Positions 21,896 through 31,698 of a stretch of DNA of 53,428 nt are shown piece after piece. The translations under genes and the position numbers were made by a program. The first letter of the stretch is position 1, and the number at the start of each line of letters is the position of its first letter. The stretch spans positions 1 to 53,428 of the forward strand of contig JBMFOP010000006.1 in the NCBI GenBank assembly GCA_049969675.1. Direction: 5' to 3'. The notes beneath the pieces were generated by a model. That model was not told the DNA's origin and made no database searches. It saw only the letters and a program-made list of their open reading frames with translations. The stretch comes from Myxococcota bacterium. GTDB taxonomy: Bacteria > Myxococcota > SpSt-1050.

Positions 21896-23938
21896 ATGTC
21901 ATTTTACCTTACAAAGGCACAGCTTCTGCTTACACCTATTTTTATAAATAGATGTCAACTAAAGAATCGTATCAGTATGCCATCTCTTCACCTGAATATG
22001 ACACCTGATGGAAATATGAACCAACAGATAACAAACTTTTACTTTGAAAGGGCAAAGAATAAGGTCGGATTAATCATCGTAGGTGGATGTGCCATTGATG
22101 ATACCGGCGGTGGCCCGCTTATGATAAGCCTTGAGGATGATTCAAAGATAGGGAGTCATAAAAATTTCTGCGAGCAGATTCACAGGACAGAGACAAAGGT
22201 CTTTGCACAACTCTATCATGCAGGGAGATATGCCCATTCTTTTCTATTCGGGAAAAGGGTAATTGCACCCTCCCCTATCCCATCTCGTCTAACAGGGGTT
22301 ACACCAGAAGAGATGACAGAGAGGGATATTGAAAATGTAGTTCAGGCATTTGCAGCGGCGGCATTAAGAGCCAGGACCGCTGGATATGACGGAGTTGAGA
22401 TAATTGCATCAGCCGGATATCTTATATGCCAGTTTTTATCTCCACTTACAAATAAAAGGACAGATAGATTCGGTGGTTCGCTTCAAAACAGGTTCAGATT
22501 TGCAAGAATGGTAATTGAAGAGACCAGAAAGGCTGTTGGGAAAGATTACCCATTGATTATAAGGATGAGTGGTTATGATTTTATGGGAAACTACTCTACT
22601 TTTAATGAGACGGTTGAGATTGCTAAACTTTATAATGAATGTGGTGTGGATGCCATAAATATAACCGGGGGGTGGCATGAATCACCAGTCCCTCAGATTA
22701 CTGGACATCTGCCACCAGCAGGTTTCAGATTTTTATCAAAGATGGTAAAGGACAATGTAAATATTCCAGTCTTTCTCTCAAACAGGATTAACTCTATTGA
22801 AATAGCGGAGAGTCTAATCGCACGAGGCTATGCCGATATAATCAATTTTGGCAGACAACTTATTGCAGACCCCGAGATGCCTCTCAAGGTTTATCACAAA
22901 CGAATTAAAGAGATTAGACCCTGCATTGCATGCAATCAGGAATGTCTGGATAATGTATTCAATGGTCTTCCAGTCGGTTGTACAGTCAATCCTATGGCAG
23001 GAAATGAAGGAGAAAAGGAAAAGATATTAGAAATAGAACCTAAAAATATCGCAGTTATAGGGGCTGGTGTTGCAGGTCTTGAATGCGCAATCAATCTCGC
23101 GAGAGCTGGACATACGGTAACTATTTATGAGGAAAATAACTATATCGGTGGTCAGTTAATTGATGCGAGCGCAGCCCCGGGTAAAGAGGACTATAGAAGG
23201 TTGGTTGCCTATTATGAATATATGATTGAAAAATATTCAATAAACCTACTTTTGAATAAGAGATTTGACCTTGATGAGCTTGATAAGAATCATTTTGACT
23301 ATATCATTCTTGCAACTGGCTCTGTTCAATTTATTCCAGATATCCCCTATGCTATAAATGAAAATTCGGTACTTGCAAGATTTGTTCTCACAAAGAGAAG
23401 ACCATATGGGAATGAGGTAGTAATTGTCGGCGGCAATGGTGTAGGATTGGATACAGCCCATTATATTGCATCAAGCGATACAATTCCACCAGAGATGACA
23501 AAATTTCTGATTGAATATGAGGCCCTGCCGCTTGAGGAGATAAAACGTCTCTCTACTCAGACAACCAGGAAGATAACTGTTCTGGATATGGATGAGAAAT
23601 TTGGTAGAGATGTTGGGAAATCTACAAGATGGATTATTCTCTCATCACTCAAACGATTGGGTGTCAAACTTGTCCCAAGAGCAAAGGTGATAAAGATAGA
23701 TAAGGATGGTGTCTTTGCTGAGGTAAATGGCAAAGAGGAGTTCTTCCCCGCACAGACTGTAATTCTGGCGATGGGGTCAAAACCAAATAATAAAATTGAA
23801 AAGTTATTGCAGGAAAGAGAAGATATAAAGTACTTTGTAATAGGTGATGCCAGAAGTCCTTCTAATATTACAAATGCAATAAGAGATGGCTATAAGACTG
23901 CAATTGAAATTAATAAAATGTGTGAGGTAAAAAAATGA
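21896..23938 (+). CDS. fadH: 2,4-dienoyl-CoA reductase (FadH-like OYE/Fe-S/FAD protein)
   Basis: AGYDGVEI, GYLICQFLSP, GGWHES, RPCIACNQECLD..CTVNP, GAGVAG, GKSTRW. Confidence 0.85.
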   Translation: MSFYLTKAQLLLTPIFINRCQLKNRISMPSLHLNMTPDGNMNQQITNFYFERAKNKVGLIIVGGCAIDDTGGGPLMISLEDDSKIGSHKNFCEQIHRTETKVFAQLYHAGRYAHSFLFGKRVIAPSPIPSRLTGVTPEEMTERDIENVVQAFAAAALRARTAGYDGVEIIASAGYLICQFLSPLTNKRTDRFGGSLQNRFRFARMVIEETRKAVGKDYPLIIRMSGYDFMGNYSTFNETVEIAKLYNECGVDAINITGGWHESPVPQITGHLPPAGFRFLSKMVKDNVNIPVFLSNRINSIEIAESLIARGYADIINFGRQLIADPEMPLKVYHKRIKEIRPCIACNQECLDNVFNGLPVGCTVNPMAGNEGEKEKILEIEPKNIAVIGAGVAGLECAINLARAGHTVTIYEENNYIGGQLIDASAAPGKEDYRRLVAYYEYMIEKYSINLLLNKRFDLDELDKNHFDYIILATGSVQFIPDIPYAINENSVLARFVLTKRRPYGNEVVIVGGNGVGLDTAHYIASSDTIPPEMTKFLIEYEALPLEEIKRLSTQTTRKITVLDMDEKFGRDVGKSTRWIILSSLKRLGVKLVPRAKVIKIDKDGVFAEVNGKEEFFPAQTVILAMGSKPNNKIEKLLQEREDIKYFVIGDARSPSNITNAIRDGYKTAIEINKMCEVKK

Positions 23939-24369
23939 GAAGTATTTTTGTCTTAACCTTCATATCAATTTTTACTATATATATTGGTTGCAAACAGGGA
24001 GAGCGGCTCTCATCACCAGAACATTATATTCTTAAGAAGAGCCATACTGAACGAACAAAGGTAGATTCACCAGCAGATTTTAGGGTTGAGATCATTCCAA
24101 CCGATGGTTTTAAGATGGAGGTGGAGGCTCCCATCAAACTCATATTTAAAAAGGAGATGAATCCAGACATAGAATTTGAAAAGGAGATCTATACAAAAGA
24201 CGACCTTATAAATAAAGATATAAAAAGACCAATATTTAATGGTAGATTTATTCCTAAAAAGGAAGGGATTTATAATATCAAAGGTGAACTCTCATTTGTA
24301 GTCTGCACCTCTACAATATGTGAACCTAAAAAAGTAGATGTTGAATTTAAATTGAGTGCCGGGAAGTAA
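23935..24369 (+). CDS. Small lipoprotein, DsbD-N-like Ig fold with CxxxxC
   Basis: Lipobox YIGC; P.DGFK and C-terminal G.LSFVVCTSTICEP. Confidence 0.6.
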   Translation: MRSIFVLTFISIFTIYIGCKQGERLSSPEHYILKKSHTERTKVDSPADFRVEIIPTDGFKMEVEAPIKLIFKKEMNPDIEFEKEIYTKDDLINKDIKRPIFNGRFIPKKEGIYNIKGELSFVVCTSTICEPKKVDVEFKLSAGK

Positions 24370-24399
24370 AATCTTTCAGTCTGCTTTTCAAAGATAAAA

Positions 24400-25434
24400 T
24401 CAGGTCTTGTTTATATGAATCACTCTTTGTGGATATGGAATGGTTATATTATGTTCTCTGAATTTCTTAAAGATTATCTTTCTTGCCTCATGCATCGCCA
24501 GATATTGAGAGGTAACCTCATTTACAGAGAATATCAAAGTAAAATCAAGGGAGCTATCACTGAATCCAGGATTTAATCTTACAAGCGGCTCAACATCCTT
24601 ATTCATAAATTCAAACTTCTCCATCATCTCTTTCCCTGTCTCCAATAGTAGCCTCTCCACTTTATCTATATCACTATCGTAGCTCACACCAACCTGTATT
24701 AATACCGCCATAGACTTTGTTGGTAGATAGAAATTTGTAACTATACTTTGAGCCAATTTATTATTTGGAATAACTATTAGATTATTTGCGAGCATCCTGA
24801 TTTTTGTTGTTCTCCATCCAATATCGTCAACATAACCTTCAAGTCCATTTTCAAGTCTAATAAAATCTCCAACTCTAATAGATTTTTCTACCATTATATG
24901 AACACCTGCGAAGAGATTTGATAAGGTGTCCTGTAATGCCAGTGCCACGGCGAGTCCCCCAACTCCAAGTGCAGTTAGCAATGGGGTGATTGATATGCCC
25001 AGATAATTCAACACAATCAAAAAGCCGAGCAGAATAATTACACCTTTTATTAAAGTATATGCCAGACCAGTCGTCGGAAGACTGAGATTTGAGCTCTGAA
25101 CATAATCCTTTAAGAGTCTTCCAGACATATTGGCAACAGCGAGTGTAACAGAGATAATCAGTATAATATAGACAGCCTTTGTAAGATATGCCGAAGCCAT
25201 ACTATATTCAGCGGGGATATTGGCGAATGAGATGGTCACATAAATTGATATGGCAATCACCCAATAAAGAGATGGTGTCTTAAAAGAATCTAAGATGATA
25301 TCGTCAGCCTTTGTTTTAGTCTTCTCACTCAATTTTTTTAGATACTTCAAGAGACCATATCTTATAAAAAATAATGTAATTGCTGTTATTGAAAATATTA
25401 TCAACGGAATTAATATATACATATATTCATTCAT
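24400..25434 (-). CDS. Small-conductance mechanosensitive channel (MscS family)
   Basis: LGVGGLAVALALQDTLSNLFAG, GDFI, IGWRTT, IPN, GVSYDSD, IPYPQR. Confidence 0.95.
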   Translation of the reverse strand: MNEYMYILIPLIIFSITAITLFFIRYGLLKYLKKLSEKTKTKADDIILDSFKTPSLYWVIAISIYVTISFANIPAEYSMASAYLTKAVYIILIISVTLAVANMSGRLLKDYVQSSNLSLPTTGLAYTLIKGVIILLGFLIVLNYLGISITPLLTALGVGGLAVALALQDTLSNLFAGVHIMVEKSIRVGDFIRLENGLEGYVDDIGWRTTKIRMLANNLIVIPNNKLAQSIVTNFYLPTKSMAVLIQVGVSYDSDIDKVERLLLETGKEMMEKFEFMNKDVEPLVRLNPGFSDSSLDFTLIFSVNEVTSQYLAMHEARKIIFKKFREHNITIPYPQRVIHINKT

Positions 25435-25512
25435 AAATAGCCCCTTTAAAAAGTATTATGAATGATACTTCTTTATTTTAAGATGTCAACAACACTTTAT
25501 ATAAAAAAATCT

Positions 25513-27165
25513 CTATTTAATACACTGTCCGTAGTTACAATATTCATCTGAATTACATACTTTAGTACAGGAACCACAGTGGTAATTATTAAAACATATC
25601 TCTATTTCACAGCCAGCATAAGAGTCACAATCTGCATAACAATTGTTGCATTTACACTGGCCCCACTCACAAAAGGAGTTCTGTCCACAGTCATGCCAGC
25701 AACTCCCACAGTGAATCTTTGATGTATTCAGGTCAGTTTCACATCCATCATTAAATGTTCCATTGCAATTGCCAAAATTCCATTCACATACACACTGTCC
25801 ATTATTACACCATGCCTTATATCCACAACTCGTATAGCAGCCACCACAATTATTGTTGTCATGCAATACATCTATCTCACAACCATCTCCCCAATCCTGA
25901 TTACAATTATCCCATCCATAAGTACATTTACATTGCCCATTCTGACAGGAGGCATTCTGTCCACATTTATTTTTACAGGCACCGCAGTTATTATTGTCGC
26001 TAATGAGAGGAAGTTCACATCCGTCATACCAGTCTAAATTACAGTTGCCCCAATACTGTTCACATCTACATTGCCCCTGATTACAAAAGGCATTTTGACC
26101 ACATTTAAATTTACAGGCACCGCAATTAGCATTATCAGATGTTAGATCTGTCTCACAACCATCCGATTTATCATTATTACAATCTCCCCAACTATCATCA
26201 CATACACATTCACCATATATGCATTTTGAATGGGGACCGCATTTATTGTTGCACTTTCCACAATGATTATTATCACTCAATATTCTCGTCTCACATCCAT
26301 CAGATTGAGTTCCATTACAGTCAGCAAATCCATAATTGCAGAGACATTTTGCGGAATTGCAGTAAGATTCATCTCCACAAAAATTTCCACAGAATCCACA
26401 ATTTTTATTATCACTGAAGAGATTCGTCTCGCAACCTGTCTCATAATCTTTATCACAGTCATCAAATCCGGGATTACACTCTCCTATCTTACACCAGCCA
26501 TTTTCACACTTACCGCTACCATTATCAACAAGGCAGTAATTGCCACATTTACCACAATTAGTAACATCTACCATTATATTGGTCTCACATCCATCATAAG
26601 ATGAACTATTGCAATCAAAATAATTTGCGCCACAATCACAGTAACCATCTCTACATATTGCATTCTGAGGACAGGGTTCAACATCGCTCCACTCAAAACA
26701 CCCATCTAAATTAAGATCACCACATATCTTCCAGCTCTTCTCATTTTCACAAACTCTCATATCTGCCCTTTCACAAAAGTTCTTGCAGGATATAAGAATA
26801 TCAGAAATTGATATATCCTCCATCTCTGGCACATCTTCTCCATCATCAGCAAAATTATTATCCATTCCATATATATCACTATCTCTATCTGATATCGCAT
26901 CTGATTCATCAGTTAAAATATCATCCGACACATCTAAAGCAATACCAGAATCAATTCTGACACATCTAATCCCTACATTCTCGTATCCCTCTTTACATAT
27001 ACAGGATGGTTGATTATTGTTTACAACACATATACCGTGACCACTACAACTTACTCCTTCACATGGGTCTATTGGTTCTTCTTTACTCTGTCCACCGCAC
27101 CCTGAAATGATTAAAAAAAGCCATAAAAATGAAATAAGCAATTTTACCAATGAGTTTTCTCTCAT
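25513..27165 (-). CDS. Cysteine-rich repeat lipoprotein (EGF-like + 8 Stig1-like repeats)
   Basis: Lipobox ISGC, EGF-like CSGHGIC..C.C..GY and an Asp-rich linker, then eight ~46-aa repeats GCE......N/HCG.C...C. Confidence 0.85.
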   Translation of the reverse strand: MRENSLVKLLISFLWLFLIISGCGGQSKEEPIDPCEGVSCSGHGICVVNNNQPSCICKEGYENVGIRCVRIDSGIALDVSDDILTDESDAISDRDSDIYGMDNNFADDGEDVPEMEDISISDILISCKNFCERADMRVCENEKSWKICGDLNLDGCFEWSDVEPCPQNAICRDGYCDCGANYFDCNSSSYDGCETNIMVDVTNCGKCGNYCLVDNGSGKCENGWCKIGECNPGFDDCDKDYETGCETNLFSDNKNCGFCGNFCGDESYCNSAKCLCNYGFADCNGTQSDGCETRILSDNNHCGKCNNKCGPHSKCIYGECVCDDSWGDCNNDKSDGCETDLTSDNANCGACKFKCGQNAFCNQGQCRCEQYWGNCNLDWYDGCELPLISDNNNCGACKNKCGQNASCQNGQCKCTYGWDNCNQDWGDGCEIDVLHDNNNCGGCYTSCGYKAWCNNGQCVCEWNFGNCNGTFNDGCETDLNTSKIHCGSCWHDCGQNSFCEWGQCKCNNCYADCDSYAGCEIEICFNNYHCGSCTKVCNSDEYCNYGQCIK

Positions 27166-27242
27166 AAAACCATCTCCTTAAAAATATTATACAACACATC
27201 TATAATATTTCAATCATAACCGGTGAGTTTCTCTATCTGTAT

Positions 27243-27262
27243 ATCACTGCTGTCCAGAATAA
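27243..27262. repeat. Isolated end of the dispersed IR-bounded element
   Basis: Reverse complement TTATTCTGGACAGCAGTGAT matches 34651-34670 at 18/20; CTGCTGTCCA also matches 34132-34141. Confidence 0.5.
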
Positions 27263-27401
27263 TCTGCTTTGAGAAGTTAACTATATTTCTATACATTATC
27301 CTCGTTCTCTCTGAATTTGGTCCAGTATACAATAACACAGATGAACATTGACAATAGGAGATTTTATTGACTTTGTAAAAATAATTTATTAACATAGGAC
27401 T

Positions 27402-27899
27402 GTGAAAAATGAGATATTGCTCAAATTCTATATATTTCACCTTATTCAAAACGAAACAGATGTAGAGCTTAATAATTATTACAGAAATATTTTACATTCC
27501 CGACTCTGGGATGCAGATGACCCGAAGCCAATGAAAATTCAACAAAACACTTTATATACCTTCTTTTATGCAATTAACAGACCCGAAAATCAACAGTTAC
27601 CAATAAATGAATTGATAGATGCCATATGTGTTATGAAGATTTTTCCTGAGACCTAAACACATTATCCAGTAGATACATTAAATCGTTATTCTGCTGTATG
27701 TTATGATAGAAGTGATGAACCTCTAACTGATATTATAATTCCAATCAATGAGTACGGAATTGATAATTTCCTATGGATTAGAAATCCTTACAAATTAAAG
27801 ATAGAGCCCGAAAACAGACTGCTGGTAGAATCTCCAGAAGACTATCTTCTTGCTTATTGGATGGGTAGATATTATGGGTTTATCAGTGAAGATATGTAG
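27402..27899 (+). pseudogene. 5'-truncated pseudogene with an in-frame stop; C-terminus of the YLL.YWMGRY hypothetical family
   Basis: After TAA 27654-27656 the same frame continues for 80 codons, ending ESPEDYLLAYWMGRYYGFISEDM*. Confidence 0.7.
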
Positions 27900-27912
27900 T
27901 ATCTTCTTCTCT

Positions 27913-29017
27913 TTATTTATCTTTTGCCATCATTAAAAGATATTGTTTAATGAACTCATCAATATTTCCATCCAGAACTGCCTCTGCATTCCCGGTCTCA
28001 TAATTTGTGCGGTGGTCTTTTACAAGTCTATACGGCTGGAGTATATATGAGCGAATCTGAGAACCCCACTCTATCTTCTTCTTCTCTTTATGTAACTTCT
28101 CCATCTCCTCTTCCCTCTTCTTCATCTCAATTTCATACAGACGTGCTTTTAATATCTTCATTGCAGTTGCCTTATTTTGATGCTGGCTTCTCTCATTCTG
28201 ACACTGAACCACGATTCCAGTTGGGATATGAGTAATCCTTACAGCGGAATCTGTTGTATTGACCCCCTGCCCCCCATGACCTCCGGCTCTAAAGACATCT
28301 ATTCTTAAATCAGTCTCCTTAATATCAATTACAATTTCATCGGGCACATCTGGAATAACTGCAACCGAGGCAAAAGAGGTATGTCTCCTTGCGTTTGCGT
28401 CAAAGGGGGAAATTCTTACAAGTCTATGCACACCCACCTCAGCCTTCATATACCCGTATGCATAAGGACCTTTTACCATAAAGAGTACATTCTTAAAACC
28501 CGCTTCCTCGCCGGGTAATTCATCTACAACCTCGGTTGAGAATCCATTTCTCTCTGCCCATCTAAGGTACATTCTCAACAACATCTGTACCCAATCCTGT
28601 GACTCCGTCCCACCTGCTCCAGAATTAATGGATACAATGGCATCGCTCTTATCAATCGGGTCAGATAAGATGAGATTAAACTCCATATCTTCAAGTTTGT
28701 TCTCAACTCTGGTCAAATCGCCCTTTATTGATTCAAGGACATCTTCCTCTCCGCTCTGAATTGCCATCTCAAGTAGCTCTTTTGCATCGCGCAGGTGAGA
28801 TTCGCAAAATGAATCTTCCATTAGTAACTCTTCAATGGTCTTACGTTCCTGCTGTATTCTGGATGCCCTATTCTTATCCAGCCAGAAAGATTGTTCGGTC
28901 ATCTGATTATCTATCTCTGATAACCTTTTCTTCTTACCCTCAATGTCAAAGATATCCTCTTAATTTCTCAAGTTTTTCTGACAATTCCTGAATCTTCTCT
29001 CTAATCTCTCTGGACAT
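27913..29017 (-). CDS. prfB: Peptide chain release factor 2 with programmed +1 frameshift (367 aa)
   Basis: SPF and GGQ motifs. A 23-codon first frame from ATG 29017 ends ...AGA GGA TAT CTT TGA C; the +1 frame DIEGKKKRLSEIDNQ joins the 329-aa ORF. Confidence 0.97.
28945..28960 (-). promoter_or_regulatory. prfB frameshift signal (internal SD + CTT TGA C)
   Basis: Minus strand reads AGAGGATATCTTTGAC. Confidence 0.95.
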
Positions 29018-29020
29018 AAC

Positions 29021-30616
29021 TTACCTCGTAATCCTTTTTTTAATTATTATTTTTGCTACAATAAAAATAACTATTGAAAATAATGTAACTACTATTGCAA
29101 AGATGTCTCCAATCTTCGTATAAATTGTACTTCCCTCAATTAGTGCCACATCCCCACTTAAAATCGTCCTCTCAAAGATATTTGTCTCCGAGAGAATCTT
29201 GCCATAAGGATTTATAATCGCTGTGATTCCAGTATTTGCAACCCTCACAAGGAACTTCCCATTTTCAATAGCCCTGAATACATACATTGAGAGGTGCTGA
29301 TATGGGGCTGAAGAGATACCATACCATGCATCATTTGTTAAATTAACCAATAAATTTGCACCTTTTTTGGAATGCTCTCTACTGATCTCAGGAAATATCC
29401 CCTCATAACATATCAGAATCCCATTTTTAATATTTTTGCCATTAATTGATATCTCTGCTGGCTTTACCTCTTCGCCAGGTACATATGTGCCAATGCCCGT
29501 TACAAATTTCTCAATGGGTATTCCAAGAGGCACATATTCACCAAAAGGTACAAGATGAGATTTGTAGTATTTGTCTTTAATATTAAGTTTTTCATCCAGC
29601 AGAAAGGCACCGTTATGTAGAAATCGCCTCCCCCTATCATAATAATAAGTTGAGACTCCAATTATCTGGACAAAAGGAGATTGAGATATACCGGGCATCA
29701 GGTCTGGATTTGCAAAGGAAGTCATTTCATCGGGGAGTCCAAGTGGATATGCGGCTTCTGGCCAGATCACGAGTTCTGCATTCTCTGCCTTTGCCTTTTC
29801 AAGGAGGTCAATATAATTAGAGAGAATTGAACCACGATATTCATGAGACTTTTTCTTAATACCCTGATCAATGTTCCCCTGAAGCATTGAGACCTTTAGA
29901 TGAACAGAGTTTGAAATTTCCTTACTGACATTATTTGCTCTTATCAATCCAAAAGAATAGGTAAATAGTAAAATGCCGAGCAAGATGGCTGAATATGTAA
30001 TTGGCTTTCTTTCATTTCTTAAGAAGAAATATCTTATCCAACCTTCCATTACTGCATTAATTAAGAGAAGAACATACTGCACAAGATAAATTCCACCAAT
30101 GGAGGAAATCTGAATAAAAGTGAGATTCTTATATTGTGAGTACGCAATGTTTCCCCACGGGAAGCCCGAGAGAAGATAGTTTCTGATATATTCAAGTGCA
30201 ACAAAAATAAACGGTGCAATGATTGTAAAATCAATCCCGATGCTTTTGAATATATATGTGGAGAGATATGCCCAAAATCCCCAATATAACGCACAGTAAA
30301 TCACAAGTAGAAAAAGGGCTGGAACCGCAAGATATTGTGGCATATTCCCAAATACAGTCATAGCAATATCAAGCCAGTATAAGACGATAGAAAAATAAAA
30401 AATCCCACCAAGTAGTCCGATTAAAAATGCCTTTTTAGGTTCAAGATTTCTTAAAGTATAAAATATAGGAACATATGAAATCCACGCAATAAAGCCTGCA
30501 TAAAAAGGGTTTAATAGTTCCTTTTCAGAGAAGAGAGAAATAACCAGCGGCTGCGACAATGCAGAGAGGATACCACTTAAAATAGCAAATAAAACAGACT
30601 TCATACCGCCCATCAT
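29021..30616 (-). CDS. lnt: Apolipoprotein N-acyltransferase
   Basis: GFPWG, QGNI, WPEAA, KSHLVPFGEYVP, ICYE, TNDAW, RAIEN, ANTG; start could be ATG 30604. Confidence 0.96.
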   Translation of the reverse strand: MMGGMKSVLFAILSGILSALSQPLVISLFSEKELLNPFYAGFIAWISYVPIFYTLRNLEPKKAFLIGLLGGIFYFSIVLYWLDIAMTVFGNMPQYLAVPALFLLVIYCALYWGFWAYLSTYIFKSIGIDFTIIAPFIFVALEYIRNYLLSGFPWGNIAYSQYKNLTFIQISSIGGIYLVQYVLLLINAVMEGWIRYFFLRNERKPITYSAILLGILLFTYSFGLIRANNVSKEISNSVHLKVSMLQGNIDQGIKKKSHEYRGSILSNYIDLLEKAKAENAELVIWPEAAYPLGLPDEMTSFANPDLMPGISQSPFVQIIGVSTYYYDRGRRFLHNGAFLLDEKLNIKDKYYKSHLVPFGEYVPLGIPIEKFVTGIGTYVPGEEVKPAEISINGKNIKNGILICYEGIFPEISREHSKKGANLLVNLTNDAWYGISSAPYQHLSMYVFRAIENGKFLVRVANTGITAIINPYGKILSETNIFERTILSGDVALIEGSTIYTKIGDIFAIVVTLFSIVIFIVAKIIIKKRITR

Positions 30617-30663
30617 AAAGAGCGGATACTATTTTAATAGTTTGTTACTGTCAATAATATCTT

Positions 30664-31128
30664 TTATTTCTTCTTAAAGTATAAAATGTCTTCTATATTG
30701 CCCTGTCTCTGTTTTTGGGGCTTAAAGACTGCCTCAACCTTCATACCGATTTTTATCTCATCTTTATCAATATTCAATCTATGGATTATCCCACCTTCAC
30801 ACCCCTGGAATTTTATAAGTCCAAGTAGATGTGGCTCTTCGTATCTATTACCTCTGTAATCGTAATAACATTCGGTAAATGAGTATAATTCGCCCTCTGT
30901 GCCAACTTTTACATATTCTTTACATTCCCCGAAGCACTCATCGCAATACATCTGTGCAGGGATATATCTTTTACCACACTCACATCTGCTTGCAATAAAA
31001 TATCCCTTATCTTTAATAGTTCTGAAGAATTCTTCTCCAGCAATACCGAGAGTATAGACATAATTTACTGGAATCTGTCCTGAAAAGGAGCCACACTCAA
31101 TATTTTTATCAACTTTTTCCTTAAACAT
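30664..31128 (-). CDS. DUF35 Zn-ribbon/OB-fold protein
   Basis: CECG..P...CDEC, G.LYSFT, IGMKVEAVF. Confidence 0.9.
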   Translation of the reverse strand: MFKEKVDKNIECGSFSGQIPVNYVYTLGIAGEEFFRTIKDKGYFIASRCECGKRYIPAQMYCDECFGECKEYVKVGTEGELYSFTECYYDYRGNRYEEPHLLGLIKFQGCEGGIIHRLNIDKDEIKIGMKVEAVFKPQKQRQGNIEDILYFKKK

Positions 31129-31134
31129 CCTTGA

Positions 31135-31689
31135 TTACCTCCTCTTTCTCTTATTTGCCGGGTTCTTGATAATGGAATCCCTATCTTCAATAGGCTCAAA
31201 ATACTGAATATCTGTTATAGAGCCGGTTCTCTCATTTTCTGACTTCCATACTGCCCTAACTCGCATACCAATCCTGATCTGTTCTGGTTTCACATTTCCC
31301 AATAGATGTAAGATTCCCATACCAGGGCTTGCCCCATCTATTTCAATAACCGCTGGAATGATTGGTGGCTCATCAGCAGGAATTCTCTGGGCGTTCCAGT
31401 AGACTCTTGAGACTGCATATGTATTTACTCTACCTGTATCTTTGACATATTGCCATCTGTCAGTCGGTCTAAAGCAATATTCACAAAACATCCGAGGCGG
31501 AATCATTATGCGATTACATTTATCGCAGACTCGGGCTATAATTCTACCCTTTTTTAGTTCGTGTAAATATCTACCAATGGCTTTTCCATTATCCCAATTA
31601 TATTTTAATTCTGGATCCCAATTGACCTTTAATGCCTTCTCAAATTCCTGACTTGTTAGACCTTTGACCGGTACTTTCTCTATTTTCAT
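31135..31689 (-). CDS. DUF35 Zn-ribbon/OB-fold protein
   Basis: CDKC..PPRMFCEYC, GRVNTY, IGMRVRAVW..RTGSITDI.YF. Confidence 0.9.
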   Translation of the reverse strand: MKIEKVPVKGLTSQEFEKALKVNWDPELKYNWDNGKAIGRYLHELKKGRIIARVCDKCNRIMIPPRMFCEYCFRPTDRWQYVKDTGRVNTYAVSRVYWNAQRIPADEPPIIPAVIEIDGASPGMGILHLLGNVKPEQIRIGMRVRAVWKSENERTGSITDIQYFEPIEDRDSIIKNPANKRKRR

Positions 31690-31698
31690 TGTTTCCTC

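Noticed and set aside
25513-26640. Nucleotide repeats as a possible CRISPR array, and CxxC motifs as a possible multiheme cytochrome
   Set aside because: The repeats are coding and degenerate with ~138-bp period, no cas genes are present, and there is no CxxCH.
27210-27449. 79-aa minus-strand ORF
   Set aside because: No SD or motif; overlaps the element end and the pseudogene.
27654-27656. In-frame stop as recoding (Sec/Pyl or alternative genetic code)
   Set aside because: The codon is TAA, and all three stops terminate genes normally elsewhere in the window.
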